Source: a virus (taxonomy: Duplodnaviria > Caudoviricetes). From it: a stretch of 38,138 nt of DNA. The notes beneath the pieces are model-generated. The model searched no databases, was not told the DNA's origin, and saw only the letters and a list, made by a program, of their open reading frames with translations. The position numbers were made by a program, and so were the translations under genes. Numbering within the stretch: the stretch's first letter is position 1; each line of letters opens with the position of its first letter. The stretch spans positions 1-38,138 of IMG/VR virus record IMGVR_UViG_3300027265_000052. One strand, given 5' to 3'. This document shows, in pieces, positions 1-10,656 of the stretch.

Positions 1-1325
1 TAATTAGCTCCGTTAGGGTAGAAAAATGCTGCAATACCCACGCTAAGCAACGGTGAACTACCTAATGTAGATGACTGTAGGTAGAAAAACTTTTGCCCTG
101 CGCCTGGCATCATGATTTGCACGCCAGTCACTGTCGGCATACCAGAAGAGCTTGTTGCATACGCGTAAGTTGGTGGCGTCAGATGCATAAAAGTAACACC
201 GCTAATATGCCTCAATTCAATGTCGACAAGAACTCGATTTAAAGTATCAGAGGTTATCGTGCCATTTACAGCATACATGACATGGCTTACAAGCGAGCTA
301 ATAAACGCTGATGTGTTAACCTGCGTCTCAGTGGTCCCTGTACCATTGGACAACACCAGCGGCGCGCTATCGATATAACAAACATTACCGTAATATCGAT
401 ACGGCAACGAAAACTTTACCCCATCCCAATACATGGGCCCCACTATCGCCTTATGTGTATAATTTATCGGCAAAGTTGGCGATGTTTCAGAACCTGAAAA
501 CAGCAACCCCTCAGCCTGTCCTTGACCCCATATTACGTAACCGAAAATTAGCCCTGGACCAAATGTGGCCGCTTGGTCACGGCCATTGACAACTGCACCG
601 GACTGAGCGAGTGTCAGGTCAAGTGAATTTAAATTCAGGCTTGTTAATCTCTTTTCAAGACCGTTTTGATCGACAACGACGGCCACCGACGCAGTAACTG
701 CATACTTTGTGTTTATGGTTCCAATATAGCCGAGAAGGTTGCTGAACCCGGCTAATCCTAGCGATGCCTTTATCTCAAAATTGAGCGCCGTAGTACCCAA
801 CGCGATAGCGCCATCTGTCGTTAGCATCCAGATCGTATCGGACAACGTTGCGCCCTCTGAAACTTGAGTCAGTACTCCAGCCTTAACCTCCGCTGAAGCA
901 TCGGCAAAGGTAGCGCGCACCCAGGCGCCGGATGCGGCGATATACCAACCATTATCGCTGGCTGTTGTTTGGTTTTTTACCAAAACGACGTTACCCGCCG
1001 TCAATGCTACCGACCAATCGCCACCGGCCTGGGTGCCCAGACCGGCCAACGCAATATTGGCCACAGTAGCGTAGCGCGCTAAATAGTCGGTTGCGCTTGA
1101 TGCAATCATGGTTTTGATGGCGTGGTACAGCTGGGTATTGTCTTCGGGGTCGAGAGTCATACCGGACAATTCGATGGTATTAGAAAGCTCCTCCTGTACG
1201 CCGTTACACCAGGCTGCGTTGAATGGGGTCGGACTAGTCGAGGTCGACCTATCGCCGTCCCGGAAACCGTCTTTACCCGCGCCAAATAAATCTAAAAACC
1301 TACCAAAAGTGGAAATTCTATGCAT
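1..1325 (-). CDS. Tail fibre protein (about 441 aa; stop codon straddles the window edge)
   Basis: Not in the ORF track. Manual translation from ATG 1325: MHRISTFGRFLDLFGAGKDGFRDGD...AAWCNGVQEEL...DNTQLYHAI, a Mu gp49-type N-terminus. The frame stays open to ...FFYPNGAN, then TA at positions 2-1. Confidence 0.88.
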   Translation of the reverse strand, partial: MHRISTFGRFLDLFGAGKDGFRDGDRSTSTSPTPFNAAWCNGVQEELSNTIELSGMTLDPEDNTQLYHAIKTMIASSATDYLARYATVANIALAGLGTQAGGDWSVALTAGNVVLVKNQTTASDNGWYIAASGAWVRATFADASAEVKAGVLTQVSEGATLSDTIWMLTTDGAIALGTTALNFEIKASLGLAGFSNLLGYIGTINTKYAVTASVAVVVDQNGLEKRLTSLNLNSLDLTLAQSGAVVNGRDQAATFGPGLIFGYVIWGQGQAEGLLFSGSETSPTLPINYTHKAIVGPMYWDGVKFSLPYRYYGNVCYIDSAPLVLSNGTGTTETQVNTSAFISSLVSHVMYAVNGTITSDTLNRVLVDIELRHISGVTFMHLTPPTYAYATSSSGMPTVTGVQIMMPGAGQKFFYLQSSTLGSSPLLSVGIAAFFYPNGAN

Positions 1326-1334
1326 ATTTACCTC

Positions 1335-1907
1335 TTATATATATGCAAATAATACAGTTGTATGTGCCGGCCGTAGCTTGCGGATTCGACATTCCAGCGC
1401 TTCATCGCCCCAGGACTGCAATGGGCTATTGCAATCAGAGTTGCAATTCGCTTGAAATACGCCACCGGTCACCGCCGGCAGATTTAGCCGCCAGAAAAAT
1501 CCATCATCTTCTGAGTTGAGTTCTGAGTTGCAATCGCTATTACAGGTTGCCTGCGGAAATTCGTCGACCGTCGCACCTGGATATCCCATCATAGCCGCCA
1601 AAACGACAAAATACGCAATGCTTTGGCCGCCTTTGGCATTGACCTTAGAATCCAACGCCGCGCGCCGTTGATCCAACGATTGTTCAATGGTGACGCACGG
1701 GTCAGGCAAGCCGTAAACCCGCTCCCAGTCCGGAAGAGAGACAGTTGCCGTCGACGGATGAATCTCGGCCAATAATTGTTCAGCAGACTGCTGGGCGGCA
1801 TCGAGCTGTTTGCCTTCTGCTTCCAGTTCGGCCGACAAGATCAGATCGTTCGGATCGTAACTGACCGGTGGCAGCAATTGTTTTAAAACATAGGAATGCT
1901 TCGTCAT
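1335..1907 (-). CDS. Baseplate protein, Mu gp48-like (YmfQ/DUF2313)
   Basis: LPDWERVYGLPD, GGQS..YF and PAHT motifs; follows baseplate J. Confidence 0.9.
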   Translation of the reverse strand: MTKHSYVLKQLLPPVSYDPNDLILSAELEAEGKQLDAAQQSAEQLLAEIHPSTATVSLPDWERVYGLPDPCVTIEQSLDQRRAALDSKVNAKGGQSIAYFVVLAAMMGYPGATVDEFPQATCNSDCNSELNSEDDGFFWRLNLPAVTGGVFQANCNSDCNSPLQSWGDEALECRIRKLRPAHTTVLFAYI

Positions 1908-2971
1908 GACAGATTCACCAGTCCAAGTACCGCCAATTGAATATGCGTGGCATCCACTAGCGTGGCCATGTTGCCCACCGGAGCCGTTACCACGCAGTCA
2001 TCCACACCATCAACCGACATAATGATTTTCTCGATTTTCTTAAGGATCACCGTGTCGCCAGGCTTTAAGCTGCTGAAATACGCTTGCAAGGCCGCCGTGA
2101 TAATCGGTTTTAGGTCATCCAAATGATAGCCAGACAGCAAGCTCAGCGCCGCCGTAACCGGTACGACCAACGCTGTAGGACAGGCAACCCAACAATCGGC
2201 CGTGACGTTGCGCTTGATATCAATATACGCTTGGCACGCATCGACCAATGTCGGCGGCGGCAACGCGCCGTTATCGTCCAAAATGATGATATCGACCGAC
2301 CGGGTATTGCGGCGCCCGCTATAAACATACACGTAGCGAACACCCGCAACGTCGCGCGCCCAACGTTTATAATCATCCTGACTGCCGCCCTGGGGAGGAT
2401 TGCGTAAGTCAAACAGCAACCGATCCAGCAACGACTCAGACGACTCCTGATCATATCCGCCCGTTGTGGCCACAGTCATCGTTGCGGCGGCGTTAATACC
2501 GGACGGTGCCGAGGTGAACGTCAATGTCGTATTAACCGGCAGATTACCGGAAGCGCCGACGACCGATGCATTAACCGGCACGATAACGGAACCGGTGACA
2601 TCGATGACGGCATCGGCTGTAGTAACCACGGCAATGCCCGAACGTGTTTTTAACTCGGTGCCTAGCGGTATCGAATCGCCAACCGTACCCGTCACTATCG
2701 CCGCGCCGCCGGTCGCTAGCGATGCCAACTTCAGGAAAATCCCGCGTTCAGCCGCATGGCGGATTAAATTTTCTAGGTCCGCCAAGTCAGGAAATATTTG
2801 CTTAAAAATCCAAGACTGATACGCATATAGCCCTTCGGTTGCGGCCGAATTGCCGGATGCCCTAATCGCATAATCGGAATCGGATTCGACGGCGGCACCA
2901 TCCAAATTATTGGATATGTCGCGCAAAATGTTAGATTTAATGGTGTCGTAATCCAGCACTGAATAGCTCAT
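1904..2971 (-). CDS. Baseplate J-like protein (Mu gp47)
   Basis: GGYDQES...LLDRL...PPQGGSQDDYKRWA motif; 355 aa; synteny. Confidence 0.93.
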   Translation of the reverse strand: MSYSVLDYDTIKSNILRDISNNLDGAAVESDSDYAIRASGNSAATEGLYAYQSWIFKQIFPDLADLENLIRHAAERGIFLKLASLATGGAAIVTGTVGDSIPLGTELKTRSGIAVVTTADAVIDVTGSVIVPVNASVVGASGNLPVNTTLTFTSAPSGINAAATMTVATTGGYDQESSESLLDRLLFDLRNPPQGGSQDDYKRWARDVAGVRYVYVYSGRRNTRSVDIIILDDNGALPPPTLVDACQAYIDIKRNVTADCWVACPTALVVPVTAALSLLSGYHLDDLKPIITAALQAYFSSLKPGDTVILKKIEKIIMSVDGVDDCVVTAPVGNMATLVDATHIQLAVLGLVNLS

Positions 2972-3345
2972 GCCGTCACCTGTACAAAATGATCAAACGA
3001 CCAGCGCTGGCCCGTTGCGGCCAGCAATTCGATAGTCATCAGCACGCGGCCGTTATGCGGTTGGTCGATCGCTATCTCAACGCCGGTTAAGCGACCATCA
3101 TCGACCATGCCTTGCAGGGCTTGCAGCGCATATTGCTGGGCCAATTTGCCGACCCGTTGCACATCTTTCTCTCGCTGCAATTCGTGCAGCCGACTGCCTA
3201 ATTTCGGTTCAGCCCAGTAACTGCCCAGCGGCGTTAAAATGCGGATAATTGCGGCATTCAGCAGCCCGCCACTGGGATCGCGAGCCAATACACCATTGCT
3301 GCTGCTATAGCCGCGCGTAACTGGAGATAACGCAATCGCTGTCAT
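2968..3345 (-). CDS. Baseplate wedge protein, Mu gp46-like
   Basis: GSYWAEPKLGSRLHELQREK...YALQALQ.MVDDGR motif. Confidence 0.9.
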   Translation of the reverse strand: MTAIALSPVTRGYSSSNGVLARDPSGGLLNAAIIRILTPLGSYWAEPKLGSRLHELQREKDVQRVGKLAQQYALQALQGMVDDGRLTGVEIAIDQPHNGRVLMTIELLAATGQRWSFDHFVQVTA

Positions 3346-3872
3346 GCCACGGCTTCGCCAGACGTGCCCGTCCCCGACTGCACATCTTTATTCCGATGAT
3401 GTTTAAGCGAAATTTCGTCAGCCTTGACGTCACCATTATTAATTTGCACCAATGGAGTATTCATTTCGATTTTTGTTGTTGCATTGATCACTAAAGTTTC
3501 GGTCGTAATCTCAATAACCCGGCCATTTTTCAACACAACAGAATCACCGTTGTGGCTATAAATCGCTACTTCGCCCGCTGCCAATTGTTTTATACGATAC
3601 TGGCTATTTTCTGTCGCGATAATCACGCCTTGCGACGTTTTACTGCCTAAAGGCAGCACAACCGCTTGTGTATCGCCTAACGGATGCGATGTCCAACCAT
3701 ACTGTTGCATCAATTCCAGATCAGGCAACACTTCACCATTTACGCCGACACATTGAACCATGCTGACACCAGGCGCCGTATTAATCCGCTTTAAACGTCC
3801 GCGAAATGCCGAGCGCCGTTTAGCCAGGGCGCGTTGTATGCGGGCATCAATTAACTTATTAAGTCCACTCAT
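3342..3872 (-). CDS. Baseplate spike, Mu gp45/gpV-like
   Basis: ELMQQYGWTSHP, GEVAIY and C-terminal HxH (HHRN) motifs. Confidence 0.9.
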   Translation of the reverse strand: MSGLNKLIDARIQRALAKRRSAFRGRLKRINTAPGVSMVQCVGVNGEVLPDLELMQQYGWTSHPLGDTQAVVLPLGSKTSQGVIIATENSQYRIKQLAAGEVAIYSHNGDSVVLKNGRVIEITTETLVINATTKIEMNTPLVQINNGDVKADEISLKHHRNKDVQSGTGTSGEAVA

Positions 3873-3881
3873 TACCGTCGC

Positions 3882-4979
3882 TCATTGGGTTAAATCAATA
3901 ATTTCCAGTTCTTTGCCTTGCTTGGTTTTAATCTTGCCACGCGGATGCTTTTTGCTATGCGGCAGCGCATCGATTGTCCACACGCCATCTTCCTTTAGGA
4001 GTAGCTCGGTCGTCGTGCCGCTCGCCCGATCGCGACGAAATGTACGGCCCATTAAAAAATGTACGTCATGGATGCCCAAGCGATCGACGTCGATCTGAAC
4101 GCGCATGCCCGGCGTCCAGAGTTTGCCGAACTCGGTATAATGCCCTTGCACCACAACGCGTAGCGCATAACCTTCCAGCCGACCATCGGCCAATAATTTT
4201 CGGGCTTGGGACAATGCCATGCCACGGTCTTGCGCCTCGCTATCGAGCATGATTTTAGGGCGCCATAGCCCTAAACTGGCATCGGTCGCTTTGCCTAAGA
4301 TCGAGGGTTCGCCGTCCTCGGTTTCAGTCCCATGTGATTGGCCGAGGATGACGACTTCGCTATAGCGACCATTGATCGTGCGTGATCGATTGATCGATTC
4401 GATATTGCCGCCGCTGCCGTCGGTATTGAGATACACATGCGCCGCAATCGGCTGGCTGTAATCGGCACCGCCGACGACCAACGTGCCGTCAGGCTCCAAC
4501 CACGGGAACAAACCGTTTGCTTCGGCGGCTCGCTCCAGCATGTCCCATGCGGTTTCGCCCGGCTCGACCGCCACGCGCTCGAACTTCTTTTTGTTAGCGA
4601 TCCGCACTTTGGTAATGCCAAACGGCGCCGCAACTTTAGCGGCCACCTCGTCCAGCGCAATTTGCCGGGATGAAAAAATCGGCGCCGAGCAATCGACCAT
4701 CTGGCCCACTTTGTCGCGGCCGCGGATGGCCAGCGGCGTATCGGTGCGGGTAATGCCATCGTCCACATCATCGACAAACCCGGTCATCACCGTCTGCCCG
4801 TCAATTTGCACCAACACAGCGGCGCCTTCGCGCAAATAATCCGGCAATGGCGCCCGGTTCTGGCTGAGGCTGACGTCGAACGCATCGGCGGCAATCATTA
4901 AGTTGCTATCGATGCTGTAGCGTTCCCAGTTGCTGTGTGCCTGGCCGTTAATTAACAGAGTGACGGTGCTACTGGGCAT
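3882..4979 (-). CDS. Baseplate hub protein, Mu gpP/gp44-like
   Basis: WERYSIDSNLMIAADAF, GRDKVGQMVDCS, EPGETAWD. Start moved to MPSSTVTL (4979), overlapping the end of the upstream gene. Confidence 0.9.
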   Translation of the reverse strand: MPSSTVTLLINGQAHSNWERYSIDSNLMIAADAFDVSLSQNRAPLPDYLREGAAVLVQIDGQTVMTGFVDDVDDGITRTDTPLAIRGRDKVGQMVDCSAPIFSSRQIALDEVAAKVAAPFGITKVRIANKKKFERVAVEPGETAWDMLERAAEANGLFPWLEPDGTLVVGGADYSQPIAAHVYLNTDGSGGNIESINRSRTINGRYSEVVILGQSHGTETEDGEPSILGKATDASLGLWRPKIMLDSEAQDRGMALSQARKLLADGRLEGYALRVVVQGHYTEFGKLWTPGMRVQIDVDRLGIHDVHFLMGRTFRRDRASGTTTELLLKEDGVWTIDALPHSKKHPRGKIKTKQGKELEIIDLTQ

Positions 4980-6309
4980 AGGCCAACAACGCTTGGTGCG
5001 CGGTTGAAAAATTAGGGTTGCGCAGGCCATTCAACCTTTGCAATTCGAGGGCGCGGGTGTGGTCGCCGTACCAATGGTGTGCCAGTAACCGTAACGGCAT
5101 CTCCGCATCAACCGCACGGCGTATCAACGGCGGCCGCAACACAACCAACGCTTCGGCGGCTTCTTGCAGCGCCAATGCCGTATCTTTTAACGGCTCAATG
5201 ATCGCGCGGGCATGGTCGGCATCGTGTAGCACCCTGGCTAAATGGATGACGACATCGATCTCAGTGCGCGCAAAATTGACAATGCTCTCGACATCGGCCG
5301 GGCTTAAAGTATCTTCCGGACGTAGACTCGATGCACCGCTGCTCGTCATGTCGCTAGCTGCCAAATACAGCGCTTCGGCGGCCGCGTCGGCAATGGTAGC
5401 CACGCGCTCGACGCAAATGTGCAAATCGACCGCATACACGGCTTGGGTTTGAGTCGGTTGCAAATAGTCGATATGAGGCGCCGGTTGCGACGGATCGGTA
5501 CTGGCTATCGCGGCGGCCGGTACCGCGTGACCGGCAGTGTCATAACTCACCACCGTACTGCCGGCCGAACCGATTGTCTGAGTCAAACGGCTCACGGCGC
5601 TACGATAATTGCCCAACACCGTAGACGACGTAAAACCGCCCAAATTGGCGACACCGCTGGCCAAACTGGAAATATCGCTAATCAAGCTCGCGGGATAATT
5701 AATGACATCGAGGCCGGCGGTCACAATACTGCCGGCCAGTGCCTTGAGTCGGAACAATGGCCCCAGCAGCGCTTGCCGTAGCGCCGCCAATTGTGACAGC
5801 GGATTAAGTTGACGCACTTTAGCGATGAGATTGCTCAACATCGAACCGGATGCCGTGCGGGCGGCTTGCGCCCGTTGGCTGATCGCCTCGGCTTTTTGCT
5901 GAGGCGTACGCTGCTGGAATAACGGCTGGTTGACTTGCGACTCAATTAGCTCGAACGAGACCGTAGCCTGATCCGGATTTTCGGCATCGTGTTTAACGCT
6001 ACTGCGTTGTACCAGGGCGTGCGGCCAAGTACCGAATACCGGATGCACAAACTCGCCTGGACCAGGCTTAGCTAACGCCTTTAAAAAGCGTTGTAGCCTC
6101 GGCTCGTAATCGTCGCCCGCGCCTTGCGTCCAGAAAAAAGCGGTGATTGAAGCCGTGCGTGGATTGCGGCCCATGTGCTCGATTTCGGCACCGGCTTGAT
6201 ACGGGAATTTATGTTGCGCCAAATCATGGTCGAAAGCATCGTCGATTGCTATGGCATCGAACTTAATGCCACGCCACTTGGCGTCAAGCAGGTCAAATTC
6301 CCACGCCAT
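4969..6309 (-). CDS. DNA circulation protein, Mu gpN-like
   Basis: LLDAKWRGIKF, HKFPY, GPGEFVHPVFG; C-terminal AHHWYGDHTRALELQRLN. Confidence 0.9.
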   Translation of the reverse strand: MAWEFDLLDAKWRGIKFDAIAIDDAFDHDLAQHKFPYQAGAEIEHMGRNPRTASITAFFWTQGAGDDYEPRLQRFLKALAKPGPGEFVHPVFGTWPHALVQRSSVKHDAENPDQATVSFELIESQVNQPLFQQRTPQQKAEAISQRAQAARTASGSMLSNLIAKVRQLNPLSQLAALRQALLGPLFRLKALAGSIVTAGLDVINYPASLISDISSLASGVANLGGFTSSTVLGNYRSAVSRLTQTIGSAGSTVVSYDTAGHAVPAAAIASTDPSQPAPHIDYLQPTQTQAVYAVDLHICVERVATIADAAAEALYLAASDMTSSGASSLRPEDTLSPADVESIVNFARTEIDVVIHLARVLHDADHARAIIEPLKDTALALQEAAEALVVLRPPLIRRAVDAEMPLRLLAHHWYGDHTRALELQRLNGLRNPNFSTAHQALLAYAQ

Positions 6310-8345
6310 CAGTTACGCCTCGATTGTTGGGCATTAGAGGTATTGACCGAGGCGGCGATTTGTTGGCCGTCTAATGCCACGCTGACTTGAACTGGACGTT
6401 GACTAATGGCATCCAGATTATTAACAAACTCGCGCAAGGCGGCGATATTCTTTTCGTCGCCGCCTTTAACGGTATTAATAAAATCGGCCAAATCGAGGCC
6501 CAGCTTTGAAAATAGCATTGAACCCGCAAACTCCATTGGACTTTGACCGGGCTTATTCAATGCTGCTGGTGGCGCAATATAATCCAACGCACTAAACAAT
6601 GCAGCACCCGCCCCGGCGCTTTTTAACAGCGATAAAGCGCCGCTTCCCTGTGCAGCGGCCGGAAGCGTTGTGGATTGACCTAAATTCGCCCAAGATACCT
6701 GGCCGGCAGGCTTGGCCGGTCCGGACACGAATTTTCTGGCCGATTCTAATAATTTACTCCCAACTCCAGCCGCACCGCCAGCGGTCAAGGCCTTACCGCC
6801 GCCCAGCACGGCCCCCGTCACACCCACCGCACCAATTGTCCCTAACACCGTTGCCGCACCGTAAGCAGCTGCTGCCAAGTCGCCATGTGCAGCAGCCAGT
6901 ACATGAGATTTATCAAGCAATGTATCTAGCGGCCCTTTAATGGCCGCCAACGCATCATTAGCGGCTTTGGCTACATCATTTGATAATGCTTCCACTTTTG
7001 AGCCAGTTGTATTGAGCATGACGCTATGTGACGTATCCAATTCAGCGCCCGCTTCGGATTTCACGGCCTCTTTGACAGCCTCGTATTTCGGACGCTGTTG
7101 AATCATGGCAAGCAATTGCATTAATGCCTGCCGATCTTGTACCGATTTACCCAAGCCTTTCTGCATTAATATATCGGCCATCGCCTCGTAAGCAGCCTTT
7201 TGCTCTCCAGGCGGCGCTTTATCGGCCTTAGCACGTATACTGGCAAACTTTTTATCCTTGCCGGCAACTCTTTCGGTCAACGCTACAAACGCTTCCAAAG
7301 GATTGCCTCCTTTGCTGCGCGCTTGGGCCAAAGATCCCGATAAATCAATGCCCTGTTTTTTAAAATCATTGGCCGTATCCTGACTGTTCATCTTCGCCAG
7401 TAAATTGACCAAGTTATTACCGGCTTCGTCTGGGGTTCCCGCTACAATTCGGCCTGCCTGGTTAGCGGCCAATAGTGATTCAAACCCGGCCATGCCTTTC
7501 ATGCCGTTGGCCGCCGCCAAAGTCATTTGTTGAGGCAACCATTTAGCCATGTCTTTCAACTCAAAGCCGCCTTCCTGTCCGGCTTTGATCGCTTTTGAAA
7601 TTAAGGCCGGCATCTGGGCATCACCGATACCCATAGTTTGTTTGGCTGAAATCAGAATTTGAGCAATGTCTTTGCCGTCGGCCAATGAGGCCGTTTGTGC
7701 TTTTTGCACCGTAGGCAGCATACCTAAAGCATTTTGCACAGCATCTTTACCGTTTCCGAATGCACCGGAACCGACTAGCGAATTCAGGTTTTCAATCGCG
7801 GATTCTTGCGCACCTCCGTTCTCCCTAATCGCTTTTTGAATGGCAGCATCCAACGTTTTTTGAGAGAAAATTCGACCCGCTTTATCAAGTCCGGAACTCG
7901 CGGTATTAGATAAAGCCGCCACTTGTGTTTCATATTTGATCGGCCGCTTGGATGCCGCTGCCATCACATAACCGCCAGCAGCCACTTGCGTCCCGGCACG
8001 GGCAATGCCGTTGATGGTGTCCAATGTGGCCGCAGCAACACTGCGCACGTTTTTCAGCGATGTCGCCAACTTGTCGATGGCGGACGTATGCGGTTTATTG
8101 GCGGCGGCCGCAAGATGCGTTAATGAGGTTGTCGCTTGGCTGCCGGATTGATCCACAATCCTTGCCGCGCGGGCTACTTGCTCAAGAGCGGATGGCTTGG
8201 CCTGCATGGCTGCACCGGCAGCCTTTTTTAACGCCGACTCCGCTTGTTTACCGCCATCCGTGATATTTTTCAGCGCGCGCGTCAGCCCGTTGGACATCGT
8301 GTCCTTGAGCGACAATAGCAAACTGAGTTTCATATCTCTAGACAT
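6309..8345 (-). CDS. Tail tape measure protein
   Basis: Ala-rich helical 678 aa, AGQEGGFELKDMAKWLP motif, position after the tail chaperone. Confidence 0.9.
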   Translation of the reverse strand: MSRDMKLSLLLSLKDTMSNGLTRALKNITDGGKQAESALKKAAGAAMQAKPSALEQVARAARIVDQSGSQATTSLTHLAAAANKPHTSAIDKLATSLKNVRSVAAATLDTINGIARAGTQVAAGGYVMAAASKRPIKYETQVAALSNTASSGLDKAGRIFSQKTLDAAIQKAIRENGGAQESAIENLNSLVGSGAFGNGKDAVQNALGMLPTVQKAQTASLADGKDIAQILISAKQTMGIGDAQMPALISKAIKAGQEGGFELKDMAKWLPQQMTLAAANGMKGMAGFESLLAANQAGRIVAGTPDEAGNNLVNLLAKMNSQDTANDFKKQGIDLSGSLAQARSKGGNPLEAFVALTERVAGKDKKFASIRAKADKAPPGEQKAAYEAMADILMQKGLGKSVQDRQALMQLLAMIQQRPKYEAVKEAVKSEAGAELDTSHSVMLNTTGSKVEALSNDVAKAANDALAAIKGPLDTLLDKSHVLAAAHGDLAAAAYGAATVLGTIGAVGVTGAVLGGGKALTAGGAAGVGSKLLESARKFVSGPAKPAGQVSWANLGQSTTLPAAAQGSGALSLLKSAGAGAALFSALDYIAPPAALNKPGQSPMEFAGSMLFSKLGLDLADFINTVKGGDEKNIAALREFVNNLDAISQRPVQVSVALDGQQIAASVNTSNAQQSRRN

Positions 8346-8541
8346 TGGGTTTTACTCTGCGTTTACACTTAAACCGGTGTTTGTCATGTTGGCGGGCCTG
8401 CGGCACCTGCTTGGCGGGCGTCAATAACGACGCGGCCACAGCTTCCGTTAGCGTTTCTGGGTGATCGATGCCTAACTGTCTGAGGACGGCAATGATGTTG
8501 TAGTAGGGCTTAAGCCGCTCAGCGCGGCTTTGCGCTTTTTT
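8338..8541 (-). CDS. -1 frameshift extension of tail chaperone (GT-type product)
   Basis: Slippery A AAA AAG at 8541-8535. The -1 frame stays open (KKAQSRAERLKPYYNII...KPNV*) to TAG at 8340-8338. Confidence 0.72.
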   Translation of the reverse strand, partial: KKAQSRAERLKPYYNIIAVLRQLGIDHPETLTEAVAASLLTPAKQVPQARQHDKHRFKCKRRVKPNV

Positions 8542-8852
8542 GCGATGTCGTCCTGCGCGGCAATAATCGCATCGCCATCCTCATCAGCCAGGGTTAACAG
8601 CATCTCTCCCGTCACCACCAAATCGGGCACACCGATAAACTGCATTTGCTCGGCGGCCTTATAAAAGCGGAGCATCAAATTGTTTTGCACAGCAGCTCCA
8701 TCAACTTCAACTCCGTCAACCTCTTCCTCGACTGTAGGGGCTTTGCTAATCGCTACAATAGAATCGCCCACTGTCGCCGGCCGCATCACAAATCGTGTCA
8801 GCACTTGCCCGTTATGCTCCAATCCAACGGCTAAACTCTGTTCAATATTCAT
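8472..8852 (-). CDS. Tail assembly chaperone (G-type)
   Basis: MRPATVGD motif; lies between tube and tape measure genes. Confidence 0.8.
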   Translation of the reverse strand: MNIEQSLAVGLEHNGQVLTRFVMRPATVGDSIVAISKAPTVEEEVDGVEVDGAAVQNNLMLRFYKAAEQMQFIGVPDLVVTGEMLLTLADEDGDAIIAAQDDIAKKRKAALSGLSPTTTSLPSSDS

Positions 8853-9223
8853 TACTCATCCACCTTGCGTGCTGCAATTAATTTAACGTCTTGTACCGCT
8901 TCGTTTTCTACGGTGTACTTGCGGCCAACAGACTCAGTAAAACAATCCAAATAACTGGTTCTTTTACCTCCAGGATTGGGCGGATAAATGGTCAATTTAG
9001 CGCCTTCAATCCCGGCCCAGTCGATGTCACCGGTTACCGGTATCACGGCGGTCACCGACACCTCATATTCGGTTATGCCGCGCGAAAAACCTTTCACGCG
9101 TAGTGACCGGTTCATCGTTTTCACCGCTTTGCGCCCCGTTTTTTCATCGACGTTGAACGATACAATCTCGATCTCTTGGCTATCGACTTCCAGGATGACG
9201 ACCCCGGTATATTCTTCTAACAT
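8852..9223 (-). CDS. Tail tube protein
   Basis: 123 aa, directly after the sheath; GRKAVKTMNR motif. Confidence 0.85.
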   Translation of the reverse strand: MLEEYTGVVILEVDSQEIEIVSFNVDEKTGRKAVKTMNRSLRVKGFSRGITEYEVSVTAVIPVTGDIDWAGIEGAKLTIYPPNPGGKRTSYLDCFTESVGRKYTVENEAVQDVKLIAARKVDE

Positions 9224-9234
9224 CGCTCGCTCCC

Positions 9235-10656
9235 TTACAGAATCAAATCGATAATGCCTGCAAACACATGCAGACCGTTGACCACATCAACCGGAATACG
9301 GATATTCAGGCGGTTGGCATCCTGCAAATCGTCTTCAATCACAATAAATGCCAAGTATTCCAGCACGTTCTCTACAATCTCCAGCTCTTCCAATTTCAAC
9401 AGCACATCAATGATTTCAGATCGAACTTTGGCTTTAGTTCGTGTAGTCTTTTTATCGCGCGGAAAACGCAACGCCAAGCGCTCCCTGACGGCTTTACGAA
9501 CAAAATTCAGCGTGCGGATAGTCGTTAAATCCAACAACGCAGGATCGGGAATGCCGGCTTGATTTTGCGTGTAACTGGTAATCGCCCGCTCAATTTGCAA
9601 TTTATTGCCGGGGCCGACCACCAGCGGCGTTACCCCATTGTGCAACGCCGTTTCTATTTCCATCCGCCCCAGCCGATTGGGAAGCGGCGATATCGGCATC
9701 CCGGTCAGTGTCAGGGTGTTCAGTGGTCGTGCCGGATCTTCCTCAAATGCGATGACCGCACCGTAAGCCGCCGCCACTTCGCAGGCCATGGCCGGTACAT
9801 TAGGAGCAAGTGCCGGACTGATAAACCCGGAATTAAGCGCAGTCGCTAATGTGGTCGCCTGCGACAAGGTAGTGGCCACAGCCGTCACGCCAATACAACT
9901 ACGCTGCTCAATCGCGCTATTGACCGATTCGAGGTGCGTGCGGATGGCAGTTAAGGTATCGGCATCATTCCAGGCGCTGACGATAATGTCATGACCAGCG
10001 CCGAATACTGTCGCCAGCGCATTGGTTAGCGAGGGCTCGGTTTGACCGGTTGCGGTACTGGCCAGTGCTGATGTCACGCCACTGGCAGTAGACGATGCAG
10101 CAACCTGAATACCCTGGCCTTGACCGCCTTTGTTTTTGGCCGTCAACGTCAGCACGCCCGCAGCAGCACTCACAGTCATTGGCAAATCTAATTGGAACTG
10201 GGCTTGAGCTGCCACAGTATCAGCAATTGCAGACGCCGTATCGCCGCTGGATACGGCCACTTGCACCGACTGGTTGGCAATGCTCAAAGTGTACACGCCG
10301 GTGCCGGTCGCAGGGCCGGTCAACGTGACGGTTTTAACCGCCGCCACGCCTGCCAGAGCATCGTCCACGGCGATGACATCCAAATATAAATAACGGTTGG
10401 CCAGCAAGGCAGCCTTGACCATGAGATGCGCCTGGCTACCCGCCCCGAACAGTATCCCCGCCTCATCGCTGGAGTACACTGACACCGGCGAATTGGCCGG
10501 CCAAGTACCTGCTGCCGTTTTTTGCGCGATGATCAGCGTGCGCTGTAAGTTGGTGGTTAGCGTGCGAACCGCCAACCGCAGGTTAAACTCAAAGTAAACG
10601 CCGGGTTTGCGGGTGCTTCCAGGTATCGTTTCAGGGGATACATGTAAACTAGACAT
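9235..10656 (-). CDS. Tail sheath protein (Mu gpL-like)
   Basis: RKPGVYFEFN, FGAGSQAHLM, DPARPLNTL, LHNGVTPL, VVNGLHVFA. Confidence 0.95.
   Translation of the reverse strand: MSSLHVSPETIPGSTRKPGVYFEFNLRLAVRTLTTNLQRTLIIAQKTAAGTWPANSPVSVYSSDEAGILFGAGSQAHLMVKAALLANRYLYLDVIAVDDALAGVAAVKTVTLTGPATGTGVYTLSIANQSVQVAVSSGDTASAIADTVAAQAQFQLDLPMTVSAAAGVLTLTAKNKGGQGQGIQVAASSTASGVTSALASTATGQTEPSLTNALATVFGAGHDIIVSAWNDADTLTAIRTHLESVNSAIEQRSCIGVTAVATTLSQATTLATALNSGFISPALAPNVPAMACEVAAAYGAVIAFEEDPARPLNTLTLTGMPISPLPNRLGRMEIETALHNGVTPLVVGPGNKLQIERAITSYTQNQAGIPDPALLDLTTIRTLNFVRKAVRERLALRFPRDKKTTRTKAKVRSEIIDVLLKLEELEIVENVLEYLAFIVIEDDLQDANRLNIRIPVDVVNGLHVFAGIIDLIL

Noticed and set aside
1-1325. Diversity-generating retroelement or invertible tail-fibre segment
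   Set aside because: No reverse transcriptase, invertase or template/variable repeat pair is seen in the window; these could lie beyond the left edge.
1420-1550. Repeated CNSDCNS in gp48
   Set aside because: Paired C-x-S-x-C motifs are typical of this baseplate family.
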